Assembly (NCBI RefSeq): GCF_963921235.1
Contig: NC_086108.1
Location: forward strand, 62,250,001-62,314,000
From: Mobula hypostoma
Lineage: Eukaryota
Reading direction: 5' to 3'
DNA length: 64,000 nucleotides
Shown here: in pieces, positions 22,901 through 36,802 of the stretch
How positions within the stretch are numbered: the stretch's first letter is position 1
How the letters are laid out: the number at the start of each line of letters is the position of its first letter
Made by a program: the position numbers and the translations under genes
The notes under the pieces: generated by a model
The model's input: the letters and a program-made list of their open reading frames with translations, nothing else
Databases searched by the model: none
Told to the model about the DNA's origin: nothing

Positions 22901-24460
22901 TAGCGGGGCATTGATTTACCTCCATGACTGTTATAGGAGTTTAGATCTGGACTTGGTATAAATTGTAAACGCCCCTGACCCTCCCCGCCTTTAGATAGTG
23001 AAGAAAGAGGGATCTCAAGTTTAAAAACATATGCCGAAGCGCATTGGGTTCCGCTCGAGAATGGGTTGCACTTTCAGTTTGTGCAAACATTGATTTTTCT
23101 TTTGGAAAGTGCATGTGGCTGTCGATAAGTGATGTCCCGGGAGATTTCTTCCCTTGTGTTCATGTTTATGTGGCAAGCTCGTTGGTGCATTAACCCATCA
23201 TATTCAGCTGCCTTGTTTAACGCGGTCTTTGAGGACTTTTTGAAGGGAGGGAGAGACTCGGAGCACTGATTCTGGTAATTTCGTGCACCCGTGGTTTCTT
23301 TTTCTTGTTGCTGGAACTGAGCACCGATTTTTCGCTTGCAGCCACACTGCCAAAAAAACCATCCCATCCAGTGAAACTTGAGCCACCGGACCCACACTGA
23401 ATGCGAATACAGGCTGTGCTCTGTGATCGCAGTAAAAATCCAATGGATAAAGGTGCCTTTACTCGAGTCCATGCAAGTTCACAAATTCATATGCGGTGTC
23501 CGTATAGGTTTGTGGATTAATGAGCTTAGAAATAGTAAGTTTGTTTTATGGTGTTGTGCAGTGGTGTGCGAGAATAAGGGTGAGCAAACAGCGAATATAT
23601 CTTTATTTATACTGATAAACTCATGACGATTCTGTATTTAACCATTTGTAAATAATATCTGAGCTTCAACCTTAAATCAAGAGTATGGTTCTCGTAAACA
23701 TTAACATGCAATTCTGCTGTGGAGCGTTGCATGCAAGTCTCGACGTATCTTGTCTGGTGCTTGTACTCATGAACATGTTAACAACCAAGGAGAAGAGCTT
23801 TGATTTTGGTTTTGAGTTCCAGACATTTGTAGTTTCATTGCTTTACCGATAGAAGTTAAGTGGGTTAATGGATAACAAGAATCAGACGCAGGACCTTAGT
23901 GTTTGTTACGATGTGGCACTGAAAATGTAGAATTGTAGCTCGCATTTTTAATTGGGGGGAAATTTACTTTTCAAACATTAGGAAACTTTGTGCATAGAAA
24001 CCATGTAGCACGTAATGTTTTAATTCAATAAATGGAGTTATCTTAAGCACAGTCTTTTTCATGAGTGTGAATTCAGCAATTGTTAAACGTTTTGATATGT
24101 TGCTTTTGACCAGTTTTGATAGCTGACCGTCGCAAGAGAAAAGCACCTTGTGGTGTTATTTGCAGATGTACAAACATGAAACATTAGATATTTACATGAA
24201 GGATTAAAAAACCTTGCCATTGAACTATACTGTAAATGTAGAGATTGGACTTCAACGAGGTGAGTTGTAATTTATCTTGGTCTCTCACACATCCTCTACA
24301 AGGGGAGCTTTCAGTATACTTACAGTATATCAAATCAATAAAATGCAGATGCTGGAAATTTGAAATAAAACAGAAAATATTGGAACTGCACAGTAGGTCA
24401 ATTGGTACTCATAGAAAGAGTTGTATGTGTATGTTTATATATGCACTTTATATATGCAAA

Positions 24461-26210
24461 CACTCTGGCTACTTTATTGGGTACATTCAAGTTTAGTTTA
24501 TTGTCATTCAACTGTACACGTGTATACCACCAAACGAGACACGATTCTCCTGGACCAAGGTGCACAACACAGTACATATAACTCACACGCATAACACAAA
24601 GTAATATTACAACAAGTAAATTAATAATAAGATGCATTTCTGACACAAGTTTAAAAAGTAAACAGTATAATACTACTAGCTCTTCATATATAATGAGACC
24701 TGGGTGGTGGCAGGGAGTTCAGTAGTCTCTTGGCCTGGGGGTGTGCGAGAGAAGCTATTTCCCATCCTTGTCCAATTACCTGATGGTAGGGGGTCAAAGA
24801 GATTATTGGACAGATGGGAGTGATCACTAACAATGCTAAGGGCCCTGCCTACACACCATTCCTGATAAATATCTGATGGGTGGAAGAGAGGTCTCTTTGC
24901 AGTCCTCACAATCCTTTGTAGTGACTTGTGGTCAGATGCCTTGCAATTCCTGTACCAAATGGTGATGCAGCTGGTCAGGAGATTCAATGTTGCTCCTATA
25001 AAAGTTGGTTAGAATGGATGGGGGGTGAGAGGGAGCCTGACTTGCCTCAGTCTCCTCAGGAAGTGGAGGTGCTGCTGTGTTGAGGGACCAGATGAGATTG
25101 TCCATTATGTGCACTCCCAGAAACTTAGTGCTCCTCTCCACTGAGGAATTTTGGATGTGTAGTGAGAAATGTTCAACCTGCAATTTTCTAAAGTCCATAT
25201 TCCCTCTTTGGTCTTGTCCATGTTGAGACTCAGCTTGTGCTTGCACCATTCTACCAGCTGCTCTGCCACCTCAATGTATGCCGTCTTTTCATTGTAAATG
25301 AGGACAACCACTGTTGTGTCATCAGCAAACTTAATTACAGTATTCAGTTTGAACAGGACCTACAATGCAGCAATGTGTTAGCAGTGGGCTGAGCACACAG
25401 CTGTAGGGAGTGCTGGTGCTCAGTGTGATGGAGCTAGAGATGCTGCCAACACAGACTGGCTGGGTCGTTAATGCAAATATCGAATCAGCCAATCATGTAG
25501 CAGCAACTCAATGCGTAAAAACATGCATACATGGCCAAGTGAGTCAGTTATTCAGACCAAGCATCAGAATGGGGAAGAAATGACTGGCCATGGAATGATT
25601 GTTGGTGCCATCATGGGATGATTTGAGTGTCTTAGAAACTGCTGATCTCTTGGGGATTTTGTGCATGACAGTCTCTGAAGTTTGCAGAGAGTGGTGTGAG
25701 AAACAATCAAATATCCAGTGAGCGGCCGTTCTGTGGGTGAAAATATCTTGTTAATGACAGAGATCAGAGGAACATTGACCTGACAGGAAGGAACTCAAAT
25801 AACCATGCGTTACTACAGCACTATGCAGAAGAGCATCCCTGAACACAGTCAGGTTGAACCTTGAAGGGGATGAGCTACAACAGCTGAAGTCTACAGACAT
25901 TCACTCAGTACCTAATGTTGCCCGTGAGTGTATGTTTGTGGTCTTCTACTGCTGTAGCTCATCCACTTCAAGTTTTGATGTGTTGTGTGTTCGGAGATGC
26001 TCTTTAGCACACCATGTTGTAACCCATGGTCTTTTGAGTTACTGTCGCCTTCCGGTCAGCTTGAACCAGTCTGGTCATTCTCCCTTAACCTCTCTTGCCC
26101 ACAGAACTGTTGTTTACTGGATCTTTTTTGTTCGTCGCATCATTCTCCATATACTCTAGAGACTGTTGTGTGTGAAAACCCCAGATCAATAGTTTCTGAA
26201 AACCATTCCA
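24461..26210. mobile_element. Tc1-like element split by a Rex LINE and followed by an inverted partial copy
   Basis: Left TIR remnant cactctggctactttattgggtaca at 24461-24485; body resumes about 25467-25910 (+); inverted copy about 25925-26210 (-). Confidence 0.7.
24486..25465 (-). mobile_element. Rex1/Babar LINE 3' fragment
   Basis: KFADDTTVVVLI, TKFLGVHIMDNLIWS, LTSCITIWYRNCKASDHKSLQRIVRTA. Confidence 0.85.
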
Positions 26211-26949
26211 CTTGACACCAGCAATGAAGCCATCTAGTTGCTGTTTAAGTGAGAAGTAGGGTGGGTGGGGAAGAGAGACAAAGTATGCAAGAGCTGTGAG
26301 ATGTAAATCAACTGTCAAAAATGCCCAGCAATTCAAGCATCCCCAGTGGAGAGCGGAAAATTGTATAAATAATACAAATGGAAAACTTCCACCAGAACTG
26401 GCTAGTGCTGTTGCAAAGAAAGGAAGTTACCTGAAATGGTTGAATTTGATAATGTGTCATACAAGCTGTCCCTTGTCCAGATGGAAGGTGACAGGTTTGC
26501 CTCGAATCTCTTTGGAACAGTGCAGGAAACAACAGACTAGTCAAAGTGGGAATAGGATTGAGAATTAAGGTGACCAACAACTTGAAGCTCAAGATTGCTC
26601 CTGCTGTTGGAATGAAGTCATACTGCAAAGTGATTATCCAATCTGTTTGATTACTTCGGTATGGTGGAGATCATATTGTGAGCACTAAATACAGTGCACT
26701 TGATATAAATGTTCAGAAGGTCAAGTAGCATGTTCAAAGGAAAACAACTTTTAGAAATGACTTCTGATCAGTTCTAGGAAAAAATATATGCTTTTCTAAT
26801 TTGTAGAGAAAGGAGGAGAGCCAAGGAGAACAAATCAGATGTTTGAGTGGAGACCAAGAGAAATTCCTTGACACCACTGACAGACAGTGGTGAAAGCTTG
26901 TTCATAGGAGAAAGTTATGTGAATAAAGGAGAGAAGCTGTTAGATAAGA

Positions 26950-27260
26950 ACACAGCATTTTCTGGAAAAGTGAAGCACAATAAGTGTGGAATGTATAACA
27001 AGTCAGGTATGATGTGTGGAAAGAGGAGAATTGAGTGAACTTTTTAGGTTAATGAATTGCATCAGAACTGGTCAGTTGAATGCAAATTGGAAAGGCTAGT
27101 TAACTCAAATTCATTAAATTCACTGAATCCTGGGGGATGGAGCCTGTCCAGATGGAAGATGGTGTGTCATTCCTGGAACTTGTTCGTCTTTGTTGGAATA
27201 GTGCAAGAGGCCAAACAAAAGTTAGATTGGGTTGGAGGTTTAAGTGACAAATAATTGACG
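26950..27260 (-). mobile_element. Highly decayed PLE 3' remnant
   Basis: Minus strand reads KFQE*HTIFHLDRLHPPG (compare LEEQHLIFRLGSLQPxG), followed by a decayed agttCTGATG core and tail. Confidence 0.45.
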
Positions 27261-27269
27261 TAATTCCTA

Positions 27270-28102
27270 GTTTCTTGACATTCCATTGCAGTTCAGAGGC
27301 GTTGCCTTTTGGATGAGCTTAAATTGTGTAACTTTCTGCTTTGGATGGATGTAAAAGATGTCATGGCTGTATTTTAATGAGCAAATTATTAGTCTCTGCT
27401 GTTCAATATTTATCAGTTGATCAATATATTGTGTACAGTTATGATTGCCACACTACAAGAAGAATGTGAAGGGTGCAGAAGAGGTTCAGCAGCTGTTGCA
27501 TGGTTTGGAAAGTATTAGCTATAAGGAGAGACTCGCCATACTTGGATTGTTTCTGGACCATCAGAGGTCAACTTGATAGAAATACATTCTTTAAAAAAAA
27601 TTATGAGAGTAGATATTTTGAGTCTTTATCTCAGAGTGGAAATGTCAAATGCTAGAGAGCATAGGTTGAAGAGGTGGAAAGTTTAATGGAGATTTGCAAA
27701 GCAAGTATGTATTGTTTTGCACAGAGTTGTAGGTGCCTTGAGTATCATGGAGAGTGGTGGCAGAAGATAAGAAAGTAACCTTCTTAGAGGCACTTAGCAG
27801 TCATGAACAAGCAGACAATGGAGAGATATAGACCATTGTCAGTCAGGCAGGATTAGTTATATTGGCATGATGCTAACTGAAGACAAGGTATACCTAGTGA
27901 CCTAATCCTGTACTGTACTTTTCTATGGTTTATCATTAAAATTGATTATCCAAATGGTATCAAACTGCCTAAGGCATTTTTAATGCCAGTTTGTTGCTAT
28001 GTTTCTTACAGTACAACAACAAACACTTTTGAAAAATGCTTCTGTAAGGTGTTGGGGATCTAAGATTGAAGAAACTGCTTTATAAGTGCAGGTCTTTCTT
28101 TT
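27270..28102 (+). mobile_element. Ancient Deu-domain SINE interrupted by a CR1 3' fragment (about 27430-27930)
   Basis: gccttttggatgag...ggatggatgtaaaagatgtcatggctgtatttt...caatatttatc (Deu core-like); the 3' part ends ...ataagtgcaggtctttctttt. Confidence 0.6.
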
Positions 28103-29179
28103 CAGCAAGTGTGTACCAGTTTTACAATGATCTAGGTAAGACGGTACTACTTGGGGCAAAAATATGCAGATGATGAGAATTCAAAACAACTTTCTGGAAG
28201 CATTGAACACCTTTGAGAATAGTCAACACATTGCATCGAGGCTCTTCCTCTGAAGGGTTGATTATTTCTCCCTTTGGGATTTGTTAGCACAGATAAAATT
28301 TTTGAAAGTACTTGTGTTCCTTTCTAAATTTTTAGTAAAAGATTTTTATTGTTAGGTTGCTGATGTTGACAGCCAGGTACTGCTATTAGTGTTTATATTA
28401 CATACAGTATTTTTTATGTTTCTAATGGATTCAATCTCCCAGTATATAGTGATTAATATATCCCATATAGACTCATCAAAGTGTGGTATACTGGATATTA
28501 TAGTTATTTGCATGTCATCGTGAGTTCTCTTCTCCAATAATCTGAAAGTGATTTATTCTTCCCAAACAGAGGTAAGGGCCATTTTAAGCTGCTTTATTTT
28601 ATTTACTTAACACTATATGAATGCATAGAGCAATGTTTTGTACATTGTGCTAACTTATTAAAAGTGGAAATTTAAGTTGAATAAGAACACGGGTGTTGAT
28701 CTATTGTAGGATAAATCAGTTGTCATTGATTACTCCTAAAACTAAATAAACCAAGATGTAATGTGAGTGGTTGCCCTAGGATTTACTTGATGCTCTCATC
28801 TACGACTTACATTCATGTAACACTCTTTAGTATAAGAATAGAAACAATCTATTTTGTCAGTGCCAGAAAAAAATGATTTTTATTAGATTAGATGCATTAC
28901 AGCTTCTTAGAGGTAGGACATACAGTTTTTATGGTTGGAATTTTAGAGCTTTGCACCTGGGTAATTGAAAATGCAGCTGCTAATGATAGAACAAAGGAAA
29001 TCTACTACATGCAGTGCATCAGAAATAAAGGAGTGCAGATATTGTAGAGGTTCTTAGGCAGAAAGTGTTGGAGGTAAGGAAGCAGGTGGAAAATTAAACA
29101 AAGATAAGTATTTTGAAGTTTGTTTGCCATTGTTTTGGGAACCACTGTGGTGGGTGGGGGTAAACAAACATCATTTGCA

Positions 29180-29560
29180 GTCAGAATAAGACATTAGGAG
29201 CTGAATTAGGCCATTCAACCCATCGAGTCTGCTCCGCCATTCTATCATGGCTGATTCATTTCCCTCTCAACCCCATTCTCCTGCCTTCTCACCTTCACTT
29301 TGACATCCTTACTAATCAAGAACCTATCAACCTCTGTTTTAAATATACTTAATGTCTTAGCCTCCACAACTGTCTGTGGCAATGAATTCCTCAGATTCAC
29401 AATTACATGGCTAACGAAATTCTCTAACTCTCTTCTAATAGGTGTGCTTGTAGTCTGAGGCTGGACCCTCTGGGCCTGGACTCTCCCACTATTGGAAGCA
29501 TCCTTTAACGTCCACTCTCTCTGGATGTTTCAGTATTCAGCAGGTTTCAATGAGATCATC
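29180..29560 (-). mobile_element. CR1 3' fragment
   Basis: taagacattaggagctgaattaggccattc...ggactctcccactattggaagcatcc. Confidence 0.75.
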
Positions 29561-30034
29561 TAATTCTATAGGTGTGATTATTTTTTTGTTGGCCTTATTT
29601 AATTTGATTAACTAAATTTAACTTCCCCGTCCAAGGGTTGACAAGCAGTACTGATATTAGTTGGCTACCACCAGTGATGGTGGGTGTTGGCTTCTTGGAA
29701 AGAGCTATCACAGAGCTCAAAAGATTAAGATATTGTAACTCTTGTGTAAATGTTTACTGGACAAGTTAGTTCTGTCAGTGTCTTTTTCTCAATGCTTACA
29801 CTTATCTTGGTTAATAGATGTCTCATTAATAACAAATACAATAAAATTACAAGATGCTCTAATTCAATGAAACCAATCTGCTTTTCTCAGTGAGGTAGCA
29901 AAGTGGATGATAAACTGGTGAATTTACCCTTGCAATCCCAAACAAAAAATTATTGCACACTTTTCTTGAATCATGAATAACAATTAAAATTCTTAATGTT
30001 TTGGTTTAATTTTTTTTCCTTCATTTACTCCAAT

Positions 30035-30345
30035 TACAAGAGGTTTAGATTGGATAAATGCAAACTTTATCCACTGGGGTTGGGTGGGACTGAAACTAGA
30101 TGTCATTGGTTAAGTGTGAAAGGTGATTTCGTTAAGAGGAACCTGTGGGGAAAAGTCACTTGGAGGGTGTTGTGAATGTGGAACGAGCTGCCAGCAGAAC
30201 TGGTAGATGCAAATTCAATTGTGACATTGAAGGGGTACATGAGTGGGAGGGATATCATCCGGGTGCAGACAGATGGGACTAGGTGGAATAACGAGCATGG
30301 ACTAGATGGCCAAAGAGCCGGTTTCTGTTGCTCTATGGCTCTGTA
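30035..30345 (+). mobile_element. CR1 3' fragment
   Basis: gagggtgttgtgaatgtggaacgagctgccag...ggtttctgttgctctatggctct. Confidence 0.7.
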
Positions 30346-30676
30346 GTTAATGACCACCTTTGGGATCCAAACTATGCTGTGGCCAAGGCTTCCTTACCAG
30401 ATTCAAAACCTCAATGCCCTCTTGAAGAAACAGGCTTTTCTAGTCTCTTCATGTTTAAGCCGAGGGGAACAAAATGTGCAGGATTAGAGGCAACTTTCAC
30501 TTTGTATATAGTAACCACATTAAATTTACAACTTGTATGACAACAGTTATAGACTATTGCAATGAACAGTCCCTCAGTTATTGAATAGCTCACAGATTCA
30601 CATAAACTGCAGGACTAATCTAAGAATGAAAGATCTGCACAAATTTAACTTGTTCCAATGTCTTCACACAGTTTTT

Positions 30677-30892
30677 TGGGTGGTAAGGTATTGCAAAGCA
30701 GTTATCACAGTGCCAGCAACCCAGGTTCATTTTTGGAGATTTTGTCTGTTCTCCACATGACCATATCGGTTTCCTCTGGGTGCTCTGATTTACTCCCACA
30801 TTCCAAAGGCAGACATGTCAGTAGGGTAACGGGTGGTGCGGGTTCATTGCGGAAGGGCCTGTTACCATCCTCTATCTCTGAGTAAGAATAAA
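30677..30892 (+). mobile_element. V-SINE (HE1-like)
   Basis: V-domain-like ggtttcctctgggtgctctgatttactcccacattccaaag; tail gaagggcctgttacc...tatctct. Confidence 0.7.
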
Positions 30893-31259
30893 TGACATTA
30901 TATGATGAAAACTAATTTTGCTGGTGTAAATTAAGTAAATAATTTTCAACAGTGCAATGGCTATTGTGTCTAATTTGATATTTTACTGTGTTATTGAGAT
31001 TTGTTCCCTGAAATTACCCTTAAGCTGAAATTCCAGTCATTCGTTTGTAACAAAGTCCTCTCTGCTTCTACCTTCTAATCATAAATTCATCCCTTTCCGC
31101 TTACCCGTTTAAGCCTGCCTCCGATTATCTGCCACTGAACACTTTAGCTATGCCTGTTGTCACTCCTGGGCTAATTGTTTCCGATACTTTCTTTGCAGAC
31201 TGCCTATCTTCACTAAATTTCAGTTCCTCTATTCAAAAGTCTGTCCCAAGTGTATTTTT

Positions 31260-31460
31260 AAGACCATAAGATATAGGAGCAGAATTAGGCCATTTGGCCC
31301 ACCTAGTCAGCTCTGCTATTTTATCATGGCTGACCCACTTCCCCTCTCAGCTCCGGTCCCCCCCATCCCCTCCTCTGCCTTAAATATATATGTAAGACTT
31401 GGCCTCCACAGCTGCCTGTGGAAATGAATTCCACAGATTCACCAGTCTCTGGCTAATGAA
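31260..31460 (-). mobile_element. CR1 3' fragment
   Basis: taagaccataagatataggagcagaattaggccatttggccc...gaattccacagattcacc. Confidence 0.75.
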
Positions 31461-31836
31461 AGTGGTGTTTTTTGCAACAAAACATTCCAAAGCACATCAC
31501 AGGAACAAGTAAAAGCTGGTACAGCACCATAAGCGGATAGTGGGGCAGATGATGAACTGTTTGTTTCAAATTGAATGAAGGGATGCAATTAGCTTAATGT
31601 CTTAACAGCTTATGCCTAAGTTCAGGAACGATCAACAAGTTAAGATTTAGAGGAACATAGTTATCAAGAGGTTATAGGGGCTGAGAAAGATTATTGAGAT
31701 TAAGAAAGGATTTCAAGACAATTATAAAAACAAATAGATTCGTGAGCGATATCATCATAGGCATGGATAATTTGTATTTTATAGCAGCAAATGCAGGTAG
31801 GCCATGAATGCAGAAAATAATTATACAAAGAAACAG

Positions 31837-32053
31837 GCAACACACATCAAAGTTGCTGGTGAACGCAGCAAGCCAGGCAGCATCTCTAGGAAGAGGTACA
31901 GTTGACGTTTCAGGCCGAGACCCAAAGGCCTGAAATGTCGACTGTACCTCTTCCTAGAGATGCTGCCTGGCCTACTGCGTTCACCAGCAACTTTGATGTG
32001 TGTTGCTTGAATTTCCAGCATCCGCAGTATTCCTGTTGTTTGCGTTTTTTAAA
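31837..32053. mobile_element. Short (about 217 bp) palindromic PLE-end insertion
   Basis: Inverted arms meet near 31925. 14-bp TSD ATACAAAGAAACAG (31823-31836) / ATACATAGAAACAG (32054-32067), one mismatch. Confidence 0.85.
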
Positions 32054-33779
32054 ATACATAGAAACAGCTTCATTCTCTTTTAAAAGAACATTTTCCCATT
32101 ACACTATCTGATACACACTTGAAATAAACACTGAAGTTCTTTTTTGACTTGCAGCTTTCCATGCATTCAAGTAAAGTTGCATCATAAAGTATTCTCTTTC
32201 CTAATATCTAATTTGGTATCTAGTTAAATGCAAGTTTTCTGCCATTAAAATTTAATAATTAGTTTCTTGAGAGGGTTTCAAAATTCCTTCTCCATTAGTG
32301 AAATTATCCAACATGTTTCTGAAAATGAAAATATTTTCCCATTTTCGGTATCCAGTACAAGTGTCTTTTTAAATGAGATCATACTTCTATTTTAAATGTT
32401 TTAACACCTCCACAGAAATAGCAAGTTCATATAAATGTATTAATTTCAAAGCCAATGTGCTTTAACACATTGCTAGGAAAAACACGCTTTACAGGATCAA
32501 TGCGATATTTCTACTTTCCACAAATTTGTATGTTAATAAGCGCATTTAACATACAAGAAAGTCTGCAAAATCATTAAAGCCATCAAATAATAGAGATTGA
32601 TTTTTTAATTGGGTTGACCAATTACTTGTCAGGATGATGTTTAAAAAAAAACATGGGGTGGGGGTCAGTAGCTCAAGAATTAACTGCAGAAATGGCACCT
32701 AGGTATCTTAGAAGGCAAGTGAGAGAAGGAAATTCACAAGCAACACCAGGCAGAAAAATGCAAATTTTGTGATGAAGGAGGTTAAATATCAGAATTAAAA
32801 CGTAAAGCCAATGAGAAGTTAAATGTTTGCAGGGGAACAGAAAATGGGTTTGCATTATCGCCCACAGCATTTCAGCTGGGGCCTAACAAATGCTTTGTAT
32901 ATCTTCAGAAATTTAAGGCTTGTGCAGTTAAACAATTAGGTTTTCTGCCTCTGTATCCAAAGTAACCTTACAGTGCCTGTTCTCATTCTTTCTACTATTA
33001 TGTAGGACTTGTCTGATGAACATTTAATACAAACATGGTCATATAACACCATTTGGATTGCTTTAGAGTCTGTCCATTCCTCCCTGAAATCTGTTACTAC
33101 TCCTCTTTCCAACTTTGAGTTCAAATTTAAACTTTGCAGATGACACTATCCTTGGTATACCAAGTGTAGATCATGAGTATGTATTAAAGTTTAGGTGACC
33201 CCAGTGCTGATACCCCATGGAATACAAATGCACACACTTGCCTCAGATTTGAAAACAGCCATTCCTGCCCATTCGGTAACTCACTCTATGTTCTACGTCA
33301 GGGTTAGTTGGCATATTCCGCACCAACATGAGCAGAAGGAGAAAGCAAAATCCAGATTCCTTGTTGTAGACTGTGATGTAGCAGCCTCTTCTGGAAGCTC
33401 GTTTCTCTGTTCTTCATCCAGTTTCTTATTCATGCAGCCACATCTATTTTGTTTACAATTATTATGAAAATGAAGCATTAGCAAATGCTCTGCAAAAAGT
33501 CTGTATGACAATCACTCAGCCTTGATCTAGAGATCATGTCAGCTGCTGGGCAGTCAAAACCATGCTGATTCTGTGAAATTCTAAAACAATAATTTTTAGG
33601 TAAATTAGCATGTGGAAACATGTTTTACATAATTATATATGCAATCAAACTATATTTGTTTTTAATCTCTGGCTATCATTAATCTATAAGTCTCTAAATG
33701 ATAGTTTCTTTTTCTTAATGTTAGTGGTAGTAAAATTTGAATTGATTTGCCAACAGTTGACAAATTGAGTTTTGTCACC

Positions 33780-34800
33780 TTTTTTAAATAGTGATGTCAT
33801 ATTTATGCCACTCCATGTTGAAGGTGGATAGGAAGGTTGAGAGTTGGGCTTTCATTGACTCCACCTTCCCTCAACAAATTGGGATGTATATCAAGCAGAC
33901 TGGATGACTTCTGTACTCTGAGCACTGCCAAACTTCTAAGCACCTTTATCCAATTTCCCTGCTGCCTCCTCCACTGTGACACTGCCAGCATCCTCTTACT
34001 CATTGAAGAAGGATGCTAATTATTCATATAGTTGCTTTGCCATGTCGTGTGCCTCCGCAATAAGATATTTTTACTCACATATCAAAATACCACTCCTTTT
34101 AGTGTATAAATAGTAAAGGTGTTTCAGGTTCTTTGCTTTCCATCTTCTTCACTATTACCCTCTTTGTTTCATTTTTGTTCCTGTTTCTATTCTCTTCTGA
34201 ATTTAATATATAAATTAGTTTCTCAGAATTATGGACCTGATATTGTAAGGTTTCTCTTGTTTCATCTTGTCTCTTTAAACTTCCCCTTTCTCCCCTTGGG
34301 ATTGTTTGTCTATGTCTGATTTTATCCTTTACAAGGCCTCCTTTTCCTTACTGACAAATTTAATTTGATTACATTTATTTTTAGCATTTAAACTATCACT
34401 CCTAACAGAGTATTTCAACATTTGATTTTCATTTACCCTCTTTTGTCATTGCTCTGAACCTAATAGTTGTGATAATTGTTTCCCCAAATATTCTCACACT
34501 AAAGAATTCCCCCTTGCCTTATTTTATCCCTGAGAACCAGTTACAGCAACGTTTTCTATTTGATTCAGTTGGAAAGATCCTCAAAGAGGAATTCTCTTCC
34601 ACATATTGCAGGATTTTTTCCACTTTCCCTGTTTAAGATAATTGTAGTACTCCATTATTACTGTGAAGTATTGTACATCATCCTGTAATTTCTGCTAATT
34701 TGCTCCAGTGTTCACTTTTTGATGTACACATAATGGTTACTTTATTGGTTCATACTTATTCCAACAGATGGAGGGTATAAATGTGGTTGCTGATGCTGAG
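33780..34800 (-). mobile_element. Ancient CR1 ORF2 remnant (between endonuclease and RT)
   Basis: KVLRSLAVLRVQKSSSLLDIHPNLLREG resembles the CR1 LxxLKxDKSPGPDGIHPRVLKE motif; an upstream EYLGxxxxHNxI-like segment. Confidence 0.5.
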
Positions 34801-35774
34801 TAGGTCCTTGAATACTGAACCTCTGTTTTCTTTCAATACACAATCTCTTAATATGCAGTCCCCTCCTGGTATTCAAATCCAACAAGTGGTTGATACTCAA
34901 TGTACACTGTGTGTGGACTAAAAACTCTCTTATCAGTCTTTTTTTATTGGGGGGAGGGGACATGGTGGGAGAAAAGTTGTCTTGATGTTTAAAAATCTTT
35001 TTTAAAATGAAGTTAGTCCATATAATAAGCCAATGTTTTGTGTTTTCTATTACCTTTGAATACCAAGAGCCACGCATCATGGAAATGGGCATTATGTCAG
35101 CATGGACCATTCAGCATCCACCTATGCTAAATCCACTGTCATTCCCTCCGAATTTTCTGCTGCTCATTTACCCTAGGGGCAATCAGTGATACCAATTAAC
35201 CAGCCAACCAAAATATATTTATCTTTTGTTATTTGCAAGTAAGCTGCAGCAACTGCAAAATTCCACAGAATCCTCTCGAAAGTGTACGTTCTTCACCCAG
35301 ATAGTGCTCAAGGCCAGGATAGATCTGGGGTCAATGTAATTGTGAAGCAACTTGCTATGTAGCATGCCTTTTACCTGGATGTTTTAAACCAAGAGAGTGC
35401 ATGATATTTTTAATTTTCTAATTTCTTTCTGTGCAGAAGTAGTCACAATGCTTCCCACCCTACCAAAAAAATCTTATATTGATGCACCCTAGCTTCTTGC
35501 CAGATCTTGATTATTAGTTTCTGCAAAACATGTTTATATTTACCACTTGCTATTTACTTCAATATCCTTTCAGAGTAATATAAATTTATTCCAAATCGAT
35601 GAGTTTCATGAAATTACATAAGTGGTTGCTGTTGCATTTTAAAAATAGGTTTTACAAGGAAGTAAAAGACATCTTAGTGACCGTTAGAATTTTTTGACAT
35701 TCTGCATGGTATCTATAAAGTGTAAGCTTTCTTTAATTGTAGGGGAAGGAGTGCATCTGGAGTCGAGAAGAAGG

Positions 35775-36802
35775 AAGACCACAATCTGTGCAGATTGTTG
35801 ATAACATCTCCTCCTCGCTGACGATCAACACTGGTGCACTTCAGGGGTGTATGCTTAGCCCACAGCTCTACTCCCTCTATACACATGACTGAGTGGCTAG
35901 GTATAGAACAAATACCACCTATAAAATTGCTGATGATACAACCATTGTTGGTGGAATCTCAGATGGTGACAAGAGGGCATATAGGAGTGAGATATGCCAA
36001 CCAGTGGAGTAATGTCACATCAAAAACATGGCACTCAACGGAGCTGATTGTGGACTTTAGGAAGGGTAAGACGAAGGAACACATACCGATCCTAATAGAG
36101 GGATCAGAAGTGGAGAGAGTGAGTAGTTTCAAGTTCCTGGGTGTCAGTATCTCTGAGGAACTAACCTTGTCCCAACATATTGATGCTGTTATAAAGAAGG
36201 CAAGACAGTGACTATACTTCATTACAAGTTTGAAGAGATTTGGTATGTCAACAAATACACTCAAAAACTTCTGTAGATGTACCGTGGTGAGCATTCTGCA
36301 AGGCAGCATCACTGTCTGGTATGGGGGGGAGGGGGTGGGTTACTGCACATGACCAGAAGAAGCTGCAGACGGTTGTAAATTTAGTTGGCTTCTTCTTGGG
36401 TACTAGCCTACAAAGTACTCAGTATAACTTCAAGGAGCAGTGTTTGGAAAGGCAGTGTCCACTATTAAGGACCTCCAGCACCCTGGGGATGCCCTTTTCT
36501 CACTGTTACTATCAGGTAGGAGGTACAGAAGCCTGAAGGCACACACTCAGCGATTCAGGAATAGCTTCTTCCCCTCTACCATCCGATTCTTAAATGGACA
36601 TTGAACCCGTGAACACTACCTCACTTTTTAAATATATGTTATTTCTGTTTTTTGCATGATTTTTGATCTATTCAATATACATGTACTGTAATTTATTTAT
36701 TTATTATTATTATTTTCTTCTATATTATGTATTGCATTGAACTGCTACTGCTAAGTTAACAAATTTCACAATACATGCCGGTGATAATAAACCTGATTCT
36801 GA
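35775..36802 (+). mobile_element. Rex1/Babar LINE 3' fragment
   Basis: TINTGALQGC..., [10 protein letters not shown]...ERVSSFKFLGV; tail gataataaacctgattctga. Confidence 0.88.

Noticed and set aside
31837..32053. Interpretation as a DNA-transposon MITE
   Set aside because: The arms are PLE 3' ends of unequal length, the junctions differ between copies, and a 14-bp TSD does not fit the common TIR superfamilies.
33293..33511. 72-aa minus-strand ORF with protein-like composition
   Set aside because: No recognisable homology or convincing splice sites.
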